DNA of 64,000 bases, from assembly GCA_964188305.1 (NCBI GenBank), contig OZ076887.1; one strand, 5' to 3'. The stretch comes from Podarcis bocagei (lineage: Eukaryota). A program made the position numbers and the translations under genes. A model generated the notes under the pieces. That model was not told the origin of the DNA. It was given only the letters and a program-made list of their open reading frames with translations, and made no database searches. Positions within the stretch are counted from its first letter, which is position 1, and every line of letters begins with the position of its first letter. Of the stretch, positions 10,127 to 21,286 are shown piece after piece.

Positions 10127-10351
10127 ATGTGTCTATTCTGTACTTGCAAATGTTTTTATGAATGCTGTTGCTGTGCTCATTGCGAATGTTGTGTGTTATG
10201 TGTGCATTGCACTGAGTTGTGTGACATAATTTTCATAGAAGACATAATTATACAATATTGTGCCATCACCCTTGAGGGAGAGGTCAATTGCAGTTTGAGC
10301 TGGACTCCCATGGTAGTGCAAGCTGTAAACCAATTAAGACGGAAGCAATGA
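10127..10351 (+). CDS. Cys-rich 74-aa ORF between pol and env (candidate accessory protein)
   Basis: ATG 5 nt after the pol stop. 16 Cys, 14 of them in the first 32 residues. Its TGA (10349-10351) overlaps the env ATG (10348-10350). Confidence 0.6.
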   Translation: MCLFCTCKCFYECCCCAHCECCVLCVHCTELCDIIFIEDIIIQYCAITLEGEVNCSLSWTPMVVQAVNQLRRKQ

Positions 10352-11322
10352 TAGCAGGGTTCAGCCTCCTGATTATGCTAGGGAGTATCCTGGCCACCGA
10401 AATTCAAGATGAGAGCTGCAGCCAATGTATCCGAGTTACTAAAACTGGGACAGTAATTACACGAACTTTAATGTATTATAATGTTGCCCCCGAGTGTGTA
10501 GTAGAATTAGACCCCTGTGTCCACAATCAGACCCAATATCTTAGATGTAAGACCCAAAAGAATGAAACGGAATGTTATGAGCCCTTAGCGGTGGGACCTA
10601 TTACCTCTAGCATATATGTATATGGATATAAAGGGGGAACAGCAAATAAGGCAAGTGAAAGGGCACATATGTTTTCCCTAGCACAAAATAGGCGGGGATA
10701 TATAGCTCACAACTCCACCAGGGGCACGGAGAAGATACATGTTTGTTTTGATGCATGCATTGCTATTTCAAAGGGACAGGGGCCTAACGACCAAGCTGGA
10801 GTCACTTGTGGGTCATTAAGCTGGGAGAGAGCTTATCTCCAAGAGAATAAGTACCTGTTCCAACAGATTGCCGGTTCCAATATAGGGGCCACAAGGGTGA
10901 CGAACCATTGGTATACAAATGGGGTGAAAGAGATACCCCTATATAGGGGTCCGAAGGGGATAAATATCACCAGGGGAGCGGCTTCGACGGCCTGTGGGTC
11001 AGGACAATGCAATCCTGTATGTCTGTGGGCTAAGGAACTCCCGTCCACTAGACCTAAATATATTCACCTTGGTTTGGGGATAGATGGAAATGGGAAGGAT
11101 CCTTATGGGCACCTAATCATAAAAGTACATACTACTAAGGTCAGCAAACAGCCAATCTCAGTATTTGAGAGCTTTGAAGAAGAAATACAACAATTAAATA
11201 AATTACCTCTTCCCCCAAGAGCTCATAACATGTTTTTGAGTCTAGCTGAGACTATCGCCAAAGAGCTAACTGTGAAAAATTGTTTTGTATGTGGAGGAAC
11301 GAATATGGGAGTTATTATGTGA
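10348..11322 (+). CDS. env: Truncated Env, 324 aa: signal peptide plus N-terminal SU only (ERV3/HERV-I-type)
   Basis: MIAGFSLLIMLGSILA signal peptide; CSQC; TRTLMYY; C.HNQT.Y..C; VFESF...LP.PP...NMFLSLAETIA..L.V.NCFVCGGTNMG, closely paralleling human ERV3-1 Env. Stops 3 codons later. No furin site, ISD or TM domain. Confidence 0.9.
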   Translation: MIAGFSLLIMLGSILATEIQDESCSQCIRVTKTGTVITRTLMYYNVAPECVVELDPCVHNQTQYLRCKTQKNETECYEPLAVGPITSSIYVYGYKGGTANKASERAHMFSLAQNRRGYIAHNSTRGTEKIHVCFDACIAISKGQGPNDQAGVTCGSLSWERAYLQENKYLFQQIAGSNIGATRVTNHWYTNGVKEIPLYRGPKGINITRGAASTACGSGQCNPVCLWAKELPSTRPKYIHLGLGIDGNGKDPYGHLIIKVHTTKVSKQPISVFESFEEEIQQLNKLPLPPRAHNMFLSLAETIAKELTVKNCFVCGGTNMGVIM

Positions 11323-11338
11323 GTTTGAGGCAAGGTAC

Positions 11339-11352
11339 AAAAGAGAGGGGGG
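11339..11352 (+). other. Polypurine tract
   Basis: AAAAGAGAGGGGGG ending 2 nt before the 3' LTR. Confidence 0.92.
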
Positions 11353-11354
11353 AT

Positions 11355-11737
11355 TGTGAGATTGGGAAACAATGAAAGCATACAGAAAGGACGTGCCTCA
11401 AACTCAGCCTTGAGAGCTAGACATGTATACAAGATAACACAGTCGCGTACGCCAGAAAGGGCGAGCCAAAGGGTGATGCCCACACTGAGAAGGGAGTAAA
11501 TATGAATAGAGTAGATTGAACAATGTATTAGAAATGTGTTAAACTCTGATAGGTAGATTGTAAGCCAAGCCTCCAAAAGAGGGGCGGCAGTAAGGGATAA
11601 AACTACGGTGCTGAAACCAGATCGGGGCTCTTCGTATCCACGGGTACGAGGGGTCCGCTTTTGCAAACGCGCTAATAAAAGGGTTACCCTTATATTGAAG
11701 TCCTTTGTCAGTTTCTATCCACGGACAACTTCTCACA
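11355..11737 (+). repeat. 3' LTR (383 bp)
   Basis: Direct repeat of 5555-5937 at an offset of exactly 5800. AATAAA at 11674-11679. Confidence 0.96.
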
Positions 11738-13809
11738 TACAGCAACAGTGTTTTGAGTTGTGTAGGCTCCTGTGATGTAAATAATGGGCCCTGCCTGCTA
11801 GCCTGCTCCCTAAAATATCACTGGTTTGCTCATTTCTAGATATAGGGTGCCTACATTCTGCATGTGCTTTAGCTACCTATTAGGCCCATAAATTACCATA
11901 TAGCATATATTCAACACACAAAAACAGTGACAATTTGTTGTTGACAAAGGGCCGCTGGACATATAAAGGGCCCCATTACCTTCAGTAGCTTAGGGCTTCA
12001 TCAAACCTAAATCTGGCCCTGCACACAATGAGCATAAAACAATTTGCCTATTCTTCCTTCGGGGAAAAGGGATCTTTGCGTGGTATGAACACAAGGGCAG
12101 CCCAAGGCATTTTGGCACCTGAGGCAGACATCCAAATGGCGCCCCCTCCCTGCTTAGGAAGAAGGGATGAGGCGAGATCTACATCAGGAACAAGGTGGTG
12201 GTGGTGGGGAGAGATCGGCATCTGGATCTGCTGCCTCGGTGATTCCTGCTGCCTGAGGCAGTCATCTCAGCTTGTCTTACGGCTGGGACGACCCTATATG
12301 GACACTAACAGTTAAACTCACACATTAGTTGGGGCTTCAGGAGCAGCAGGGACAGTGGCAGAAACCTAAGAAGCAAAATGTACAAAAACAGGAGAAGGGA
12401 AATGGAGAGCCAGGAGTGTCATGTTTAGACATTTGTTTAATGTCTTACTCTTACTAGGTAGAAATAGATTTGACATCACTGTGCCAGTTGTCCTATATCC
12501 CCTGGAGAGCTAATGCAGGTGTGTAAGGAAGGGCATGTTTACTCAAGCTGCATTTTACATTGTGATTTATCTCTTTATTCTTCAAGGAATATTTATTCTT
12601 CAAGAAATATTCTTCAAGGAATATTTTTCAATGTGAGACAAATTAAATGTCAAAAAAGCTAATTTGGCTGCTGTTCATAAATTACATTGCCATTTAAATG
12701 CATTAATTTCATTCTTATTGCTATACTTTCTCGCTTTTCATTGCAGGATTCTGTGAGATAGCCACTGGCTTTATCAATGTTTGTCTTTTATGAATGATTT
12801 AGTACTGTTTTTCTACACATCCCATTGTAAATGGGAAAATAGGATTGTTATGTCCTCTATTATTGCTAAAAGTTTAATTATTACAAATATTTGCCCCAGT
12901 TTTGTCGTAATGAAATGGTGATTTTAAACAGAAGGGAATGGGGTTTTCTATTTAGATTCACTATGAGGTTTTGAATTATTGTGACAATAATGATACCAAG
13001 CGGATATTTTTATGCCCCCAGATTTATACCTTCAGTATTTCATTACTCTTTCTCCAGTATTTCAGTGCTTTGACCCTTCATTTTAGAGAGGCGTTCTAGA
13101 GAAGTATATTTATAGGGGCAAGCAATAATGGTTTCTTCCTGGAACTCTGAACAATCTTGGCATATTTCACACATCTTCAGAAAATGTTGTCAGTTCCCTT
13201 CATTTATCCCTTTCCTGTACATTTCTAAAGGTAGGATAGGATAAGTAAATGGAAACAACTCGACAACCCAAAACAGGTGTGTATACTTGACCTAGGATTT
13301 GCTAAAGATTTGGTTAACCAAGTATCTTCATGTGTTGCCATTGCGATGATACTATCTATATGTATATCACCTGCTTCTGTTGGAAGAGAGGTGTAGATTA
13401 CCCCTCATATGTTGAATGCACTTCTGGCTGCAGTGGCCACCTGGGTAAAGAAGGATCCAGGAGCAGACCTAGACCAGGTATCTCTTCCTTCAGAAGGGAG
13501 TTCAGCCCTGTCCTCACTGAAGTATCTCCTGGTCCTGGACATAGAATCATAGAATTACAGAGTTGGAAAGGACCCTAAGGATCATTTTGATGTTTTATTA
13601 TGTTTTATACCTGTTGGAAGCCACCCAGAGTGGCTGGGGTAACCCAGACAGATGGGCAGGGTACAAATAATAAAATTATTATTATAATTATTACTCCTAT
13701 CCCCATCAATGCAAGAATATATAGCTGCCCCATACAAGGACCAAACCTGCATCCTTAGTATTATCAGCCATCTGAGCTATCCAGGCTTGGAAACCTCTAC
13801 CTGTGTAAT

Positions 13810-14120
13810 ATATCATATCAATTTATTAGCCACCATCCAGCCCACTACTGTGCCCAGACACTGGTACAGAACCTTCACAGTCACTCCTGATTCAGATTTT
13901 ACAGAGAAATAGAGATTTGTGTCATCAGCATACTGACAGTACTTTGCTACATAACCCCTTATAATTGCTCCCAGTGGATTAATATATCTATTGCATGGCA
14001 TTCAGTCAAAACAGCGCCCTGCAGCACCCCATGGCACAAATGCCTGGGGTGGTTGGGTCAAAGAGTTTATCATCCTGTTGCTTTTTGAATTTTTAGGCAA
14101 ATACCTGAGCAAGCTAAGAT
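13810..14120 (-). mobile_element. Old L2/CR1-clade LINE RT fragment
   Basis: Minus-strand ORF 13813-14001 contains QYADDTNLY (RT catalytic motif). CR1 and L2 tails lie just to the left at ~13540-13690. Confidence 0.75.
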
Positions 14121-14929
14121 GTTTTGCCTGAGATTCCTCTGCTGGGAGAAGCAAACTCACTTATTTCTCTGACATTGTGACCACAATAGCTTGAGTTAAA
14201 TGAACAAGCCCACCTTGAGTGTTCAGAAATTACGGTAGGTGTTTATTCCTGACAATTGCATTGACTCATTGATGTAATGCTGCATTCTAGAGAATGTAGA
14301 AGACTCTCATTCTGTGCCACTCTGTTTTGTGAGATTCAGTTGCCCTTCTTCATTAATTTACACTGATTGGTTTGTATTAAAAGTACCCTTTCATCAGTGT
14401 GTATGAAACAAGCTACAGTTTCAGTCCAGTGCCACAAGAGCTGTCATTCTGTTCTTTTTTATTTTCCTGAATACTTATGGAGGCTTTTTGACATAAAGGA
14501 CTTTGAACTTTGTGAGACTCATTTTTCTTCATCCATTTTCATTTTCTATGATTAAACGTTCAATCAGCCACACTGTCATAACCATTAATATACTGGTGCA
14601 ATCTGTCTTCAGTAGTTGCTGAGAAACGTGCCTTGATTATTCCTTCCCAAAGTGCCGAAGAAACGGGCCTTGCTAATGAAATATTTAGCCACCCATTTAT
14701 CTACCCATTTATGGCCTGAACCATTATTAACTCCCAATATCGAAAGCATAATAAGGTGTCTGCAGGATGCCTGTAGCTGTTTATGCAATGATGTTGACCC
14801 TGGGATACATTCCCCAAGCAGTACTCCAAAGCCTGCGCTTCTCTCAAGGATACTTGTACAAGTAACCAATTAAAACTCACTTGTTTGAACCATTTGCCTT
14901 TTTTTTTACTGGCTGAGCTCCACCTCAGC

Positions 14930-14991
14930 CCCTTCCTTCCTTCCTTCCTTCCTTCCTTCCTTCCTTCCTTCCTTCCTTCCTTCCTTCCTTC
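14930..14991. repeat. (CCTT)n microsatellite
   Basis: Direct observation. Confidence 0.95.
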
Positions 14992-15215
14992 TTACTTATA
15001 TCCAGTCTCTGGTTCCATTTGCTGCCATTTCCTGCCTTCTGCCCTACCAGTCCCCATGGACCTTAGCCACCACTGGGGTTGGGGAGAGATCAGAACCTTT
15101 TGAACTTCTGGTGACATTGTGTAGGGGTGATCAATGCAGACACATTTCCCTCCAGGAGCAAGTGCATTTCTTTCTGTCTTTGCTATTGTACTGAGAAACA
15201 CACCCGTTTACATTT

Positions 15216-15615
15216 ATGTGGGTTGTGCTGTGGTCTAAACCATTGAGCCTCTTGGGCTTGCCAATCAGAAGGTTGGCGGTTCGAATCCCCATGACAAGGT
15301 GAGCTCCCGTTGCTATGTCCCAGCTCCTGCCAACCTAGCAATTTGAAAGCATGCCAGTGCAAGTAGATAAACAGGTACCGCTGTGGTGGGAAGGTAAACC
15401 GTGTTTCCATGCGCTCTGGCACTCGTCACAGTCCTCCACGTGTGAATAGCGGTTTAATCATGCTGACCACATGACCCAGAAAGCTGTCTGTGGACAAACA
15501 CCAGCTCTCTCGGCCTGAAAGTGAGATGAGCACCGCTCCCCATAATCACCTTTGACTGGACTTACGTTCAGGGGTCCTTTACCTTACCTTACCTTACCTT
15601 ACCTTACCTTACCTT
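15216..15615 (+). mobile_element. Sauria SINE
   Basis: gctgtggtctaaacca...ggttcgaatccc head, gtgcaagtagataaa.aggtacc core, (ACCTT)n tail. Confidence 0.9.
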
Positions 15616-15904
15616 CTAGCATTGACTTTTGTGGCTTGGGTAGGATTTTGGCTTTTTCCAAGATAAGTGGCATATTTATCAATTGAAACATTTTTAAGAC
15701 CTTGTTTTTGTGTGTGTGAAAAACTCAAAATACTGCTCTGCCAGGAGGCAGAGGGGCGGCTTTGTGAATGACACCAGGGCCACCCAATCAACTTTCCACA
15801 CACTGGAATCTCCTAGAAATAAGAACCTGTGGAATTGTGTGGGAGAAGATACAAGCCTGGAAAAGCCAACTTTTGACTTATTTGTGCTTTCAGATTGTTA
15901 TATG

Positions 15905-16140
15905 NNNNNNNNNNNNNNNNNNNNNNNNNNNNNNNNNNNNNNNNNNNNNNNNNNNNNNNNNNNNNNNNNNNNNNNNNNNNNNNNNNNNNNNNNNNNNNNN
16001 NNNNNNNNNNNNNNNNNNNNNNNNNNNNNNNNNNNNNNNNNNNNNNNNNNNNNNNNNNNNNNNNNNNNNNNNNNNNNNNNNNNNNNNNNNNNNNNNNNNN
16101 NNNNNNNNNNNNNNNNNNNNNNNNNNNNNNNNNNNNNNNN
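15905..16140. other. Assembly gap (236 N)
   Basis: Run of N. Confidence 1.
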
Positions 16141-17378
16141 GTCACGAGGCAGTGTCTCTTGTGGAACCAAACCGTTCCCTTGTCTCTTCCTTGCAGACAA
16201 CAGGAACTGGGTCACTGCACTCATGTTTATGACTTTTATCTATCTACTGCATTAAAAATGTGAGTATCTCTTTCTCCTATTCACTGTTATCTACATTGAG
16301 TGGAAAAATACAGCAATGATATTCTGCATTAGCTCATCCATTTCAGTACCCTGGGAAAGTTGCAATAAGCGAGCACTTCATGAATTTTGGCAGGTTTTAT
16401 AAAAGCGTGTGCACATACACAGACACAAAGAAAGAGAGAGAGACCAGTGTACACATTTCAGCACCTTCCATTTACAGATTCCCTTCAAGTCCTCTCCATT
16501 TCCTTTTGCCAAGTTCTCATCTGGGAATTCAGATTTGTTCCAGAAAATCTGGTAGAAATGCAGCATGCCTCCCCCCCAAAGTTATATATTTACCTTCTTA
16601 TTATATATTTAAATTGGGACTTAGAAGAGAATAATAATATAGATAAACGTGATTGTGAATCTGAATGTAACATGGTAGGGAAAGGATTGAAGTGTTCTCA
16701 TGAAAGCATTCTCAGCACCCCTTCCAGCTGCAGGTGGTGTGATGGAAAGAAATTAGATTCCACAGGACAACTTATAATTCAGCAAGGACTTTTATTTAAC
16801 TTACCTCCTGTTGTGTGATCTGCTGTACAGGAAACAGACACTGGGGGGGGGGGGAAGATACTTTACAAAGCACTCCTAAGTAGTGCCAAGGCTTAAATCC
16901 ACCACTGCTACAAAGCTATTAAAGACAAATGGAATATGTGAATCCATAAAATTAAAAAGACAGCTGTTGTTGTTGTTCTTGCACAAAATAAGGACATGGT
17001 ATTATACAAAGCAAAAGCAAGTTTCTGCCCCAAAGAGTTCGCAATCAAAAATTTAATAGTGGTGAGACAAAGTGAACACAGGAAGAAATAGGAGACAACA
17101 AGGGATGACTGTACCACATTCATATCTCATCTTTCCCCCATTATGGAACACAAGACAATGTACAAACAACAGGCAAGGTGTTATATGGTGGTCTATAAAT
17201 TATATGCATCTATGCATCCATTAAAAAACTTCAGTCAACTAAATAACAGCTTGCATTGTTGATCTTCTCTTCTGTCATTCTGATGGGATCTCAGGACATG
17301 AATGGGTTTTGCTAGAAGTCCAAAGAAGAACTAACACTATGTTTGCTCTCTTAATTTGCATTTGTTCTATAACTTGTA

Positions 17379-17630
17379 CAGGGTGCCTCGCAAGACAAAA
17401 ATAATTCGTTCCGCGAGTCTTTTCATCTTGCGATGTTTTTCGTCTTGCGAAGCACGGTCCGTCGCAACTGCGCCTCTTCAAGCGGCTTTAAGAAAAAAGT
17501 GCAAGACGTTTTCATCTTGCGAAGCAAGCCCATAGGGAAATTCATCTAGCGAAGCAACGCAAAACTGAAAAACCCTTTCGTCTAGCGAGTTTTTCGTCTT
17601 GCGAGGCATTTGTCTTGCGGGGCACCACTG
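17379..17630. mobile_element. Tc1/mariner MITE
   Basis: TA-flanked, TIR cag(t)ggtgcc.cgcaagac / gtcttgcggggcaccactg. Near-copy at 18602-18854. Confidence 0.9.
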
Positions 17631-18601
17631 TAATAAAGATGCTGGCCTGCATTCTGAGTGATGAAGTTCCTTTCCTGGACATCATTGGTGCCGCACTAAA
17701 AATAAAAAAATAAAAAATCACATTCTGGGAAATAAATGCATCCTTACTGCTCTCTTCCCCCACTTTCTATTCATAGGTCTTAGCACACTAATTGAATTGG
17801 GAATTGTGGGTGGGATGTGAAGGAATTTAAAATGCCTATTACTCCATTGTGAATTAGGCTCTCTTCATGGCATGGTCTGGAATGTGTCCTTAGGGACATT
17901 TGCACCGGCAAAGCTGACATGTAATGCAACAGTTCAAGATTTCTATTTGATTTATTTTAAAACCACTTACCTTTTATGGTCTTATAAACTGATTTATTAT
18001 CCCTTTTTACGGCTGTCCCCAATGCTTTGTGGGGCAAGGTTTTTACAAGCCTTGTTCCTCTTTTCGAGGTCACGGATCTGAGAGCCACAGAGTGATTGCT
18101 TATATTGCCTTGGAAACTTGCGGACAGAGGAAAGAGTACAATTTACTTAATGTGTAGCAAAGCCATTGAATTGCCAAGGCAAAACTTGCCCAGTTCCTCC
18201 TTTTATAAACATGTTAAAGTATATAGCTTGCTTTGGCCGACTGCAACAGAATCGACAGAGATGCTACTTACATTGTGTTGTGGCTTTGTAGTTCTTTGCT
18301 GCAGCTTCTTATCTGCATCCTCCCTCCCATCACAATGATAAATTTCCCTCTGCAGTCTCATGTATCAGGAGAACCCAGGAAGACCAGAAAACATGTAAGC
18401 CTGACCAGTGACCAGTTTATAAGAGGACCACTTTGACCAAGAGATGGGTGGGCAGGTGGGTTGGAGCTCCTTCATCCCAAAGCAGGATATCATGTTGCAC
18501 CTGAGAGCACTGTTAACAAAGTACACTCCAGAGGTTCATGGAGCATGATGAAGAACAGGGAACAATATGTGTTGATGACCACCAAGCTACACATGACAGT
18601 A

Positions 18602-18854
18602 CAGTGGTGCCCCGCAAGACGAAAATAATTCGTTCCGCGAGTCTTTTCGTCTTGCGATGTTTTTCGTCTTGCGAAGCATGGTCCGTCGCAACTGCGCCTC
18701 TTCAAGCGGCTTTAAGAAAAAAGCGCAAGACGTTTTCGTCTTGTGAAGCAAGCCCATAGGGAAATTCGTCTAGCGAAGCAACGCAAAACCGAAAAACCCT
18801 TTCGTCTAGCGAGTTTTTCGTCTTGCGAGGCATTCGTCTTGCGGGGCACCACTG
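18602..18854. mobile_element. Tc1/mariner MITE (same family and orientation as 17379-17630)
   Basis: TA|CAGTGGTGCCCCGCAAGACGAA ... TTCGTCTTGCGGGGCACCACTG|TA. Confidence 0.92.
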
Positions 18855-19294
18855 TAGTACTCTTTATTTTACTTGATTGTATCCAGTAGCTGTGGAACTG
18901 GAGCTTCATTGCTCTTGTGTTCTCCCAATGTTGTGTGTTGCTTGGCATGGTAAAGAGCTGGCTCAAGACATTTTGGCACCTGAGGCCAACCACAAAATTG
19001 CACTCCCTCTACCAGGGAAGAAGGAGTGACTGAAAGGTGACACCAGGAACAAGGGGGGGGGGATACAGATCTATATCGGGAACAAGAGGGTGAGTGAAGA
19101 TCTGCAGCAGGAACAAGGGGAATCAAATCAACCTTATCCAACAGCCGAAGTGGGATTCAAAAGCTGTCAGAGGGGCAAGGGGCCTGCTTTGAATCATTCA
19201 GGGAGGAGACCTCAGAGGATGGTCCTTCCCATTTGCTCCCTACTGGTGGGAGAAGACCAGTGGAATCCCATATCCACCCACTGTGATTTGATTT

Positions 19295-19435
19295 TGGTGA
19301 TCACTCATAGCCGAGTAAGATTGTCTTCCACAAACACGGTCTTAACGGTGTGTCCGTAAGTGACTGGAAGCCAGTTCTGGATCCACACATCCTACCACTG
19401 TGGGGACATAGGTTTCCAGGCAGGAGTTGATCACT
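19295..19435 (-). mobile_element. RTE-clade LINE 3' end
   Basis: Minus strand reads DQLLPGNLCPHSGRMCGSRTG, a decayed C-terminal CPxCGRxCxSRxGL motif of RTE ORFs. Confidence 0.7.
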
Positions 19436-21226
19436 ATGAAGAAGCCACTGTAGAGGTGGTGGTGGGCCCTCTGCTGAGGAGGCAGTAGATCTAACCTCCA
19501 AGGAGAGCTGGTATTGCATTCCTTGGAGGTCAGATCTGCAGCTCTTGTGTTGGAAGGGGGGAAAAATTAATCCCACACTACTATGGCTCAGATGTTCAGA
19601 TGCACTTTGGACATCCCCATCACTGCTTTTGTTAAGGAGTGGTTGTCTAGTGTAGCCCTGTGTAAAATGTTTGAATGTCACTGTGTTATAGTGAACTGAA
19701 TGAGAAACCAATTTCACTGTTCCTACTGAGAAAGCACCCCCCACCAAAAAAAGAGAGTATAGTTCAGTTTATAAAATTCTTACATTATTGGTAAGATACA
19801 TACTGTTTGATTTTTCCTCCCGTTTTAATTTCAGGTTTATAAATAGGATTATGTTACTGACTTCACTCCAGCTTTTTGAGTATTACTTACAGTAGAATGT
19901 GTGTGGTGTCTGACCATAAAAGTCAGGGAGAAAATTAAACTCACATGGTTGAATCTTGAGAGAAGATGGATTTTACATTTGCTTTTTCTAACGTGTGTTT
20001 ACCCAAGGGACATGATCATAAAAGATTCATCCAGTCCATTAAAAAAATCATATTAATAATTTGTAATAGTAATTATTGTTAAGGTCTTCCCTCTGGAAAC
20101 ACTCTTACTCTGATTTTATGAACAAAGATACTTTACATAGCAAGCAACCCAGCCTTTCTACTACGCTGTTGCATTGCAAAGAGGAGAGGGAAGAGGACTA
20201 TTCTTTATTTTAAAAGTAAAACAACCATCCAGAGGGAAAGAGTCTTCTGACAGCAAAAGGGTATGCAATAGTTCAACCTACTTGTATACATTTCCTTGTA
20301 TACCTTTGAAACTTCTGTAGTTTAGGCTAGGATTTTGATACCTAGCTGTCTTCACTGGGCTCCTCCCTCTTTCTGCCTTTTATTCCATACTTCACCACTA
20401 TTGGAGACCATGTCAGATTAGATGACAGAACCAATAGTCTCACATAGAAAAAAATGGGCTTCCAGCATCTCTGTGCAACCCTGTCAAGAGATGTGGCTCA
20501 CTAGGGTTGCAGTAACAGTCACTGCTCACCAGTGAGAATAATCACAGGGATCTTCTAATTCTGGTCACATTTCACACAAAGCAAAGCTATGGCCTTCAAA
20601 TAATGTGTATCCTCTGGAGTCCAGATGGACTTTGATGGAACAGAAATGTTGATGGATCTCAGGGTATAGTTGTAGTCCTCAAATCAATTTGTCATAACTG
20701 CAGCCAGTGCTCTGCTGAATAGATGGTATACTGCAGTGGCTAACATTGTGAGTTGTTAGGTGACCTTGAGTGAGCCACTATCTTCTCATTCCCAGTCTAG
20801 CATATGCAATATGTGGTTAAATTGTGACAATTATTAGAAAGATGTATGCAAAGCACTTTGAACACGCTGAAGCTCTGCATGTGGGAACTGCAACAAAATG
20901 GTTCTGTGTGAAGCACTCCGTCTCAGTATTCACCATGCCATGCCCTTTTCCAGGGTAAACCACTCAATTCCATCTCCTCTGGTTGCCTGCCCCTTCTCCA
21001 AATGTCAATTGGTATATATACTTGGGCTCCAACCATAACCCCACTTACCAGGGAGGAAGCCCCACTGAATTCAGTAAGAATTACTTCTGAGTAGATATGG
21101 TTAGGATTGTACTGTTAGTCCCCATGAAATTGTTTTGGGTTCCTCCTCCTGATGGTTTCTCCCCCCCCCCCCCAATATTTTTTGTGTTTCTTCAAATCTT
21201 GGATTCCTTCTGTCTTGTGTCTGGAG

Positions 21227-21286
21227 GTACTGCTTTGGCTACAAAAGCACCTACACTCTTCGAGCCACAAGTATACAGGATATACG
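21227..21286 (+). other. Candidate internal exon (60 nt) of the host gene
   Basis: Long pyrimidine-rich tract and GAG| acceptor (weak), strong ACG|GTAAGT donor, open in all three frames. In phase with the 4079 exon it reads (Q)YCFGYKSTYTLRATSIQDI(R). Confidence 0.4.

Larger units (their letters stand above)
5555..11737 (+). mobile_element. Defective, mosaic class I endogenous retrovirus (HERV-I/ERV3-like), 6183 bp
   Basis: Paired LTRs, 5-bp TSD TACAG (5550-5554, 11738-11742), PBS, PPT, and gag/pol/env fragments with gamma-like motifs. Confidence 0.96.
5403..12021. mobile_element. hAT-family MITE split by the ERV (pieces 5403-5554 and 11738-12021)
   Basis: TIRs CAGTGCCGGATTTA ... TAAATCTGGCCCTG. 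8-bp TSD CACAAAAT (5395-5402) / CACACAAT (12022-12029). An uninterrupted sister copy at 47988-48150 shows the empty site aaacctgcaTACAGcaacagtg. Confidence 0.88.

Noticed and set aside
15710-16263. Long ORFs across this interval
   Set aside because: Artefacts of the 236-N assembly gap.
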